NCBI GenBank assembly: GCA_021783595.1
Contig: JAJXTS010000002.1
Coordinates: 1-55,618 of the forward strand
Source: Chloroflexota bacterium
GTDB lineage: Bacteria; Chloroflexota; Limnocylindria; Limnocylindrales; CSP1-4
Reading direction: 5' to 3'
DNA length: 55,618 nucleotides
Shown here: positions 49,777 to 55,618 of the stretch, in pieces
Position numbering within the stretch: the stretch's first letter is position 1
Layout: the number at the start of each line of letters is the position of its first letter
Notes under the pieces: generated by a model
Databases searched by the model: none
Told to the model about the DNA's origin: nothing
Seen by the model: the letters and a program-made list of their open reading frames with translations, nothing else
Made by a program: the position numbers and the translations under genes

Positions 49777-50328
49777 TCAGTTGAGCAGGTGGCCGTTCCG
49801 GCGCGGGCAGAGGTGGCCCTGCGGGTCCAGCGGCTGGCCGCAGACCGGGCACGGCGGCCGCCCGGCGGCGAGCACGCGCAGCGCACGGGCGACGAACCGG
49901 CGCGCCTCCGCCGGCTCGAACCGGACGCGGAACAGGTCCGGCCCGTCCTCGCTGGCCTCGTCGTCCTCTTCCTCGTCCTCGTCCTCAGTCAGCTCGCTCG
50001 CCTCGAGGATCACCACCTCGTCGCCGGTGTCCCAGCCGAGGGTCAGGGTGCCGACGCGGAACGCCTCGTTGAGCGGCTCGTCCAGCGGGGCGGTGTCGCC
50101 GACCTCACCCGCGATCTCGGCCGCCTCGGAGATGCCCCGCCTCTCGATCTCCTCGAGCAGGTCCACCAGCCGCTGGGCGAGCGCGGCCACCTGCACCTTC
50201 TCGAGCGACACGGACACGATCCGCGCCCCCTCGCGGGCCTGCAGGAAGAAGGTGCGGTTGCCGGGCGCGCCGACCGTGCCGGGGACGAAGCGGTCGGGGT
50301 CGTCGAAGAGATGGCGTCGTCGGGGCAT
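49777..50328 (-). CDS. DUF3090 family protein
   Basis: C-terminal 183 aa of ORF 49777..50484. Starts MPRRRHLFDDPDRFVPGTVGAPGNRTFFLQA, has an acidic insert, then a C-terminal CPVCGQPLDPQGHLCPRRNGH zinc-like motif. Confidence 0.82.
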   Translation of the reverse strand: MPRRRHLFDDPDRFVPGTVGAPGNRTFFLQAREGARIVSVSLEKVQVAALAQRLVDLLEEIERRGISEAAEIAGEVGDTAPLDEPLNEAFRVGTLTLGWDTGDEVVILEASELTEDEDEEEDDEASEDGPDLFRVRFEPAEARRFVARALRVLAAGRPPCPVCGQPLDPQGHLCPRRNGHLLN

Positions 50329-50401
50329 CAGGCGTTCGAGGGTACCGGAACTCGGCCCGGCGCGACCGCGACGGGCTGGAGCGGCGGGCCGGGCGCCGTC
50401 G

Positions 50402-51622
50402 TCACCCGACGTGGACCACGATGGTGTGGTGGCCCCTGGCCCCATCGGGCACGGGCGGCGTGACCCGGTCGGTCTGCACCACACCAGTGCCGTCGGTGGC
50501 GCGGACCTCGATCGTGTGCCGGCCCGGGGTCGCCTGCCAGAGCCACGTCCACTGGACCCAGGTGGCGGGCGAGATCTCCGTTGCGAGCGTGGCGGGCCGC
50601 CACGGGTCCTGGTCGATGCTCACCTCGACCCTCGAGATCCCGCGATCCGGAGCCCACGCGACGCCCGCGACCGCGACCGGCCCGACGGTCAGGCTGGCCT
50701 CGTTCGGCGGCACGTCGATCCGCGACTGGGTGAGGACCGGCGCCTCCTTGGCCCACCCGAGCGGCACCCAGTAGGCGTCGAACGCCTCGAGCGTGGTGAG
50801 CTCGATCTCGGACAGCCACTTGGTGGCCGACACGTACCCGTACAGGCCCGGCACGATGAGGCGGGCCGGGAAGCCGTGGTCCACGGGGAGCGGGAGGTCG
50901 TTCATCTCGACGGCGATCAGCGCCTCGCGCGGGTGCGCCGGGTCCGTGATCCACGCGGTGGGGAAGCCTGCCGTGAAGCCGTCCACCGACCGCCCCACGA
51001 TCTGCGTGGCGCCAGCCTGGACCCCGGCCATGGCGAGGACGTCCGCCAGGCGCGCGCCAGTCCACTTGGCGTTGCCGACGAGGTTGCCGCCCACCTCGTC
51101 GGAGACGCAGGCCAGGGTCACGTACTGCTCGACGAGCGGGAGCTGGACCAGCTCCTCGAACGTGAGCCGCACTTCCTTGGCCACCATCCCGAACACGCGG
51201 AGGGACCAGGTCGTGACGTCCACCGAGGGCGGGAAGTACCTCGTGTCGAGCCGGAAGAACTGGGCGTCGGGGGTGACGACGGGCGTGATGCCGGGCACGT
51301 CCAGCGAGGCGTCCGGACCGGGCGTCGGGACGGGGTCCACGGCCTGCGGGATGGCGACCCGGGCCGTGCTCCCGCTGGCGCTCGCCCCGCCCGCGTCGCC
51401 AGTGCCTCCCGTCGCCGCGTTGCTGCCCGACCCGCCGGCCAGGAGCGCCCTCCCCGCGAGCGCGCCGACAGCCACGGCGGCCCCCACCGCCCCGGCGCGG
51501 ACGAGGAGCGCCCGGCGTCCCTGCGAGGGGGCGCGGTCGGGGGGTGCGTCACCCGGCGGCGTGACGGGCTCGGGGGCGGTCGGCAGGGGCTCGGGGTCGG
51601 TGAAGACAGGTCGGTCGGTCAT
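50402..51622 (-). CDS. sulfite-oxidase-like molybdopterin oxidoreductase with Tat-type signal
   Basis: C-terminal 406 aa of ORF 50402..52342 from ATG 51622. Contains RRALLVRAGAVGAAVAV, TLACVSDEVGG (molybdenum-ligand Cys context), PARLIVPGLYGYVSATKWL, and a C-terminal Ig-like dimerisation domain. Confidence 0.82.
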   Translation of the reverse strand: MTDRPVFTDPEPLPTAPEPVTPPGDAPPDRAPSQGRRALLVRAGAVGAAVAVGALAGRALLAGGSGSNAATGGTGDAGGASASGSTARVAIPQAVDPVPTPGPDASLDVPGITPVVTPDAQFFRLDTRYFPPSVDVTTWSLRVFGMVAKEVRLTFEELVQLPLVEQYVTLACVSDEVGGNLVGNAKWTGARLADVLAMAGVQAGATQIVGRSVDGFTAGFPTAWITDPAHPREALIAVEMNDLPLPVDHGFPARLIVPGLYGYVSATKWLSEIELTTLEAFDAYWVPLGWAKEAPVLTQSRIDVPPNEASLTVGPVAVAGVAWAPDRGISRVEVSIDQDPWRPATLATEISPATWVQWTWLWQATPGRHTIEVRATDGTGVVQTDRVTPPVPDGARGHHTIVVHVG

Positions 51623-51864
51623 GGGACGCTCGCAGTGCGGTATGACCCAGGTTCGCGCGAGCGGCGCCGGCGGATCTGTCGCGCGCGTCGTCACCCGGTC
51701 GGGCCGGGCCGGTCGCGGCCGGGAGGCCAGCGCGAACACGAACGCCGCCGGCGGTCGCCGACGGCGTCGAGCGTACTGCGCTGGCCCGGATAGGGCAGGG
51801 GAGTGCCCGGGGTGTGGGGCGCCGGCGGCGCGGGGTCGGGGCGGCGCGGGGGCCCCGCCTCGGC

Positions 51865-52908
51865 CTAGGCGCGAACCTCCTGGCGGAGGAACATGACGTA
51901 GGCGATCGCGAACAGCAGCACCGTCAGCGCCACCAGCGCCACGAACTGCGGCCACACCAGCAGGACGCTCTGGTCCAGCGAGAGCAGCGTCGGGATCTGC
52001 TGCTGGCTGCTGGTGGCCTGACCCAGGTTGCTGATCATGATCGCGTTGGTGCGCGGGTCCATGATCGCCTGGAGGATGTCCGTGTAGAGCTGCGCCGGCG
52101 ACACGCGCAGGAGCAGGTTCTGGGCCGTGGCCGCGCCGAACTGCGCCCCGATCGAGGCGGTGGTGTCGATCGGGAACAGGAACGACGCGATGGCCGGCAG
52201 GACGAACCCGCCGACCATGGTGATCGCCAGCCAGGATCCGAAGCCGACCAGCGCCGCGGTGGCCGCGCTGCGGATGATCGTGGACAGCAGGAGCGCGAAC
52301 GCGAGCCAGAACGACGCGTACAGCACGGTGGCGATCGCCCACACGAGGACGCGGGCGAGGTCCTCCGCCTGGGGGATGATCCCCAGCCGCAGGATGCCGA
52401 TCGCGGTCACCAGCACGACCAGCGACAGGATCATGATCGCGATGACGAAGATGCCGGCGGCGAACTTGCCGTTGACCACGTCGTCGCGGTGGACCGGCTG
52501 CGCCAGCAGCCGCGACAGGGTGCCCTGGCTCCGCTCGGAGTTGATCCCGTCGAAGCCGAACGAGATCCCCACCAGCGGCACCAGGAGCGTCACCAGCGTG
52601 ATCATGGGCACGCTGCCGAACGAGGCGGAGCCGTGGGTGAACAGCGCCAGGAAGGCCAGCGGGTTCCCGGATGCGGCGACCGCCTGCGCCTGCACGTCCG
52701 ACGCCGAGAAGTACATCGGCAGGACCGACAGCAGGGCGATCACGAACAGCAGGACGATGAACCGCCAGCTCGAGATGTGATCCGCGAGCTCCTTGGCGGC
52801 GATGGTCCGCCAGCCGCCCGAGGGCGCCCTCTCGGAGCGCCGGGAGTCGGCGCGGGACTTGCGCGCGGGGCTGGCGGGGCTGCCGGTGGTCTCAGTGGGG
52901 GCGGCCAT
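51865..52908 (-). CDS. ABC-2 type transporter permease
   Basis: 347-aa ORF with six hydrophobic segments. Its start overlaps the ATPase stop by 17 nt. Confidence 0.82.
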   Translation of the reverse strand: MAAPTETTGSPASPARKSRADSRRSERAPSGGWRTIAAKELADHISSWRFIVLLFVIALLSVLPMYFSASDVQAQAVAASGNPLAFLALFTHGSASFGSVPMITLVTLLVPLVGISFGFDGINSERSQGTLSRLLAQPVHRDDVVNGKFAAGIFVIAIMILSLVVLVTAIGILRLGIIPQAEDLARVLVWAIATVLYASFWLAFALLLSTIIRSAATAALVGFGSWLAITMVGGFVLPAIASFLFPIDTTASIGAQFGAATAQNLLLRVSPAQLYTDILQAIMDPRTNAIMISNLGQATSSQQQIPTLLSLDQSVLLVWPQFVALVALTVLLFAIAYVMFLRQEVRA

Positions 52909-54115
52909 CGATTCCCTCCGGCACGTAGCGGCGGTACAGCTCCATCAGGTCGGTGCCCCTTCGGCGCAGGTGCGTCAGCGGGAGGTGCGCGTCCGCGAGG
53001 GCCGTCGCCAGCGGGGCGGCGACGTCGTGGCTCGCGGTCACGATGCGGATGTGGTCGAGGTGGGGGTCCGGCACCACGGACGTCACGCCGGGCACGGACA
53101 GCGCGACCCGGTCGATCCCCTCGGCGGGTCCGGCAACGGCCACCTCGAGCTCGACGATGGCCTCGGCGCCGCCCATGAGCTCGTCCAGCGGCCCGGCGGC
53201 CACCAGCCGGCCGGCCGAGAAGAAGCCCACCCGGTCGCACAGCGACTGCACCTGGCCCAGGATGTGCGACGAGAGCAGGACCGTGAGGCTGTGCTCCGCC
53301 ACGAGGCGCCGGAGCAGCGCGAGGAGCTCCTCCACGCCGGCCGGGTCGATCGCGATCGTGGGCTCGTCGAGGATGAGCACCGACGGGCTCTTCACGAGCG
53401 CATCCGCGATGCCGAGCCGCTGCCGCATGCCGCGCGAGTACGTCTCGGCCTTCTTGTCGGCGGCGTCCCCGAGTCGCACCTCGGCGAGCAGCTCGTCGAT
53501 CCGGTCGTCCGCCCGCCTGCGCGGGATCCCGTTGAGGCGGGCGGTGTACCGCAGGTTCTCGCGGCCGGTCAGGCCGCCGTAGAAGCCCACGTTGTCGGGG
53601 AGGTAGCCCACCTGGCGCTTGACCGCGAGCGGCTCGCGCGTGGGGTCCAGGCCCAGCACGCGGACCACGCCGCGGGTGGGCTCCGTCAGGCCGAGCAGCA
53701 TGAGCACGGTGGTCGTCTTGCCCGCCCCGTTGGGCCCGAGCAGGCCGAACACCTCGCCCCTGCGGATGGTCAGGTCCAGGCGGTCCACCGCGGTGAAGTC
53801 GCCGTACTGCTTGGTCAGTCGCCGCGCGACGATGACCGAGTCCTCGGGGACGTCGGCCAGCAGCTCTGCCACGGTGCGGCGGCGGCGCTTGGGCCTGTCC
53901 TCCGGAGACGGGGAAGCCTCCACGTCCCACGGCCGGACCGTGGCCTCGGTCTGGTCCGCGAAGCCGGCCTCCGGGTCGTCGGGGTCGTGCGGAGCCCGAG
54001 CCGGTGCGGGCTCGGCGGCAGGCCGCGGCCTCGCGCTCAGGCCCGCGGTCGGCCTCGGCCGACGACGCTGCAGCCCGCGCCGCGGCTCGGACGGGTTCGT
54101 CCGGTCCTCGGTCAT
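52892..54115 (-). CDS. ABC transporter ATP-binding protein with ~100-aa disordered N-terminal extension
   Basis: Walker A (GPNGAGKTT), signature (YSRGMRQRL) and Walker B (LILDEPT) are present. ATG 54115 lies 4 nt after the upstream stop, which supports the long form. An alternative GTG start is at 53872. Confidence 0.85.
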   Translation of the reverse strand: MTEDRTNPSEPRRGLQRRRPRPTAGLSARPRPAAEPAPARAPHDPDDPEAGFADQTEATVRPWDVEASPSPEDRPKRRRRTVAELLADVPEDSVIVARRLTKQYGDFTAVDRLDLTIRRGEVFGLLGPNGAGKTTTVLMLLGLTEPTRGVVRVLGLDPTREPLAVKRQVGYLPDNVGFYGGLTGRENLRYTARLNGIPRRRADDRIDELLAEVRLGDAADKKAETYSRGMRQRLGIADALVKSPSVLILDEPTIAIDPAGVEELLALLRRLVAEHSLTVLLSSHILGQVQSLCDRVGFFSAGRLVAAGPLDELMGGAEAIVELEVAVAGPAEGIDRVALSVPGVTSVVPDPHLDHIRIVTASHDVAAPLATALADAHLPLTHLRRRGTDLMELYRRYVPEGIDGRPH

Positions 54116-54119
54116 GGGG

Positions 54120-55331
54120 CTACCGCCGCCCGTAGGTCCGGAAGACCCAGCCGAGCCCGACGAACACCGCCAGGAGCAGCACGACGCCGGCGATCCACCA
54201 GTACTGCGGCGTCTCGACGCGCACCCTGATGTCCACCGAGCCGCTGGCCTCGGCCCCGGCAACCTTCATCGTCACGATGTAGTCGCCGGCGATGGCGTCG
54301 CTCGAGGGGGTGATCTTGGCGGTGAAGCTCTGGACGTTGTTCGAGGATCCGGCGGCGAGGGACGCCACCGAGGCGGGGTCGAAGGTCACCGTCCAGCCCG
54401 TGGGCGCGGTCGCGGAGGGCTGGACCTTGGTGATCGGCGCGGTGCCGGTGTTGGTGGCGGTGATGACGAAGTCCTTCTCCGTGCCGGCGTTGGCCGTGGT
54501 CGAGAGCACCTGGTCGGGGGTGGACACGGAGACTGAGTAGCTGCCGGTGATCGTCACCGTCAGGTTGACCTGGGCCGTCTTGCCGCCGCCGGACACCGTC
54601 GCGACCACGGGGTAGTCGCCCGCCGTCGCGTTGGGGTCAGGCGTCACCGACACCGTCAGGCTGCCAGTGGAGCCCGCGGGCACCTGGACATTGGTGGCGG
54701 TGTCCGAGCTGGCGTTCTTGATCGTGGTGGTCCACCCGTTGGGGCCCTGGACGTTGAACGAGTAGGACGCCTGGGTGGGCGTGTCGTTCTTGAGCGTCAG
54801 GCTGTAGGTGAACGTCGAGCTGGAGGTGCCCTTCTGCTGCGGGAAGTCCGCCGTCAGCGCGACGGAGCCCGACGCGGCGGACTCGACGCGGACGGAGAGC
54901 TGGAGCGACTGCTGGATCGTCCCCGCGTTGGCGTGCACCGTCATGGTGCTCGTGCCGGCGGCCGCGTTGGAGGGGATGTCCACCGAGAACTCGACGTCCG
55001 GGACGGTGGTGGCCGTGGGGCTGCTGTTGGCGACGTACACGCTGTCGATGACCGTGCCGTTGCCGCGGAAGCGGGAGGCCCAGCCCGACGGCACGCCGTC
55101 CGCGGACAGGCTCACCGTCGCGGCGGGCGTGGCGGCCAGGGTCAGCTTGAAGGTGGCAGTGGAGCCGGGCTCGCCGACGATGGACGGATAGGGCGTCGAG
55201 ATCGAGAGGGCCCCGGCAGCACCGACGATCGGGGCCGCTGGGCCGGCGACGAGGGCGAGAACACCGAAGGCGAGGGCGATCCGCGAGGTCAGGCTGACCC
55301 GGCGCGGGCGCCCGGAAACGCGATCCGACAT
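54120..55331 (-). CDS. NEW3/CARDB-like repeat surface protein with signal peptide and C-terminal TM anchor (COG1470-like)
   Basis: 403 aa. Four ~85-aa Ig-like repeats, each with a P.GW and AG.Y pattern ([27 protein letters not shown]; [14 protein letters not shown]). C-terminal anchor: [21 protein letters not shown]. Confidence 0.8.
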   Translation of the reverse strand: MSDRVSGRPRRVSLTSRIALAFGVLALVAGPAAPIVGAAGALSISTPYPSIVGEPGSTATFKLTLAATPAATVSLSADGVPSGWASRFRGNGTVIDSVYVANSSPTATTVPDVEFSVDIPSNAAAGTSTMTVHANAGTIQQSLQLSVRVESAASGSVALTADFPQQKGTSSSTFTYSLTLKNDTPTQASYSFNVQGPNGWTTTIKNASSDTATNVQVPAGSTGSLTVSVTPDPNATAGDYPVVATVSGGGKTAQVNLTVTITGSYSVSVSTPDQVLSTTANAGTEKDFVITATNTGTAPITKVQPSATAPTGWTVTFDPASVASLAAGSSNNVQSFTAKITPSSDAIAGDYIVTMKVAGAEASGSVDIRVRVETPQYWWIAGVVLLLAVFVGLGWVFRTYGRR

Positions 55332-55474
55332 GCGCTGTCTCCAGGAACGATTGTGGACTCGGTCACGCGCGGGAGCCCGGCCTCCTCGCCGGGACCCGCG
55401 GGGCGATCATATGGCCGATTTGCTGAGAGGGGTCTGAGACGCCCCTTCCGCCGCCCGGGTCCGGCCGCCGGGCG

Positions 55475-55618
55475 TCAGGTGAGACGCCGCCAGGCGGCCC
55501 CCAGGGCCGACGCGGACGGGCCCGGCGTGGGGACGGCCGTCGGCGGGGCCGTAGCGACCGGCGTCGGCGGGGCCGTCGGCGGCGGCGCCGCCGTGGGCGG
55601 TCCCGGGGGCTGGGCGCC
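55475..55618 (-). CDS. C-terminal Pro/Thr/Ala-rich tail of an unidentified protein (gene runs off right edge)
   Basis: My own minus-strand translation gives GAQPPGPPTAAPPPTAPPTPVATAPPTAVPTPGPSASALGAAWRRLT*. It is open to the window edge. Low-complexity sequence, so coding status is uncertain. Confidence 0.3.
   Translation of the reverse strand, partial: GAQPPGPPTAAPPPTAPPTPVATAPPTAVPTPGPSASALGAAWRRLT

Noticed and set aside
45280-51793. Series of long plus-strand ORFs (45280..47244, 47112..49184, 48802..50463, 49241..51793) and long N-terminal extensions of minus-strand ORFs (e.g. 46992..49469, 45430..47589, 50402..52342)
   Set aside because: All are antisense to, or upstream extensions of, genes with clear family motifs. 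The extensions are Arg/Pro/Gly-rich and overlap neighbouring real genes. I placed trimmed starts at GTGA/ATGA couplings or ribosome-binding sites.
55395-55440. Twin CUGAGA motifs (gctgagaggggtctgagacgcccc) reminiscent of a TPP riboswitch core
   Set aside because: The motifs are on the plus strand with no plus-strand gene downstream. The other conserved TPP elements are lacking. On the minus strand the sequence simply forms a small hairpin after the upstream gene's stop codon.

Overview
This is a high-G+C (roughly 70%+) chromosomal segment with actinobacterial-type gene content. About 45 genes are supportable. The six-frame track is dominated by long antisense or out-of-frame GC-artefact ORFs (Arg/Gly/Pro-rich), which I rejected. 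Gene content from left to right:
- **Galactoside utilisation locus (minus strand):** sugar-binding protein, two permeases, GH2 beta-galactosidase and GH36 alpha-galactosidase, with a divergent DeoR regulator and galT.
- **argH, then a decayed ~1.1 kb zone** holding a 91-bp copy of a histidine-kinase 3' end and a frameshifted FAD-oxidoreductase pseudogene.
- **An unknown 607-aa secreted protein and a GAF histidine kinase.**
- **argG-argR-argB-argJ-argC**, with a clear promoter and ARG-box-like palindrome.
- **trxB.**
- **An F420 biosynthesis operon:** PPOX-like gene, cofD, cofC, single-domain cofE and an LLM oxidoreductase.
- **Housekeeping genes:** inositol monophosphatase (IMPase) family protein, 5'-3' exonuclease, SRPBCC protein, pncA and an orphan response regulator.
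- **A 682-bp non-coding region** with nested inverted repeats and G-tracts, followed by aceE.
- **efeU-like permease, DUF72, and a marR/yceI divergent pair.**
- **An uncharacterised operon:** class-V PLP enzyme, amidinotransferase and M20 deacylase, then a GNAT, facing a class-III aminotransferase.
- **A zinc-ribbon micro-ORF.**
- **FGGY kinase with an AGPS-like FAD oxidase**, then a CheW-like gene remnant.
- **SCO1664/DUF3090 pair and a sulfite-oxidase-like molybdoenzyme.**
- **NEW3-repeat surface protein with an ABC-2 exporter.**

I found no rRNA, tRNA, CRISPR array, transposase, integrase, phage gene or recognisable defence gene. I see no convincing new 'system'. The most checkable leads are:
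- the F420 operon architecture, which lacks the FbiB reductase domain but carries a translationally coupled PPOX-family gene;
- the unnamed guanidino/deacylase/PLP operon;
- the structured element upstream of aceE;
- the rearranged arg region with several gene remnants.
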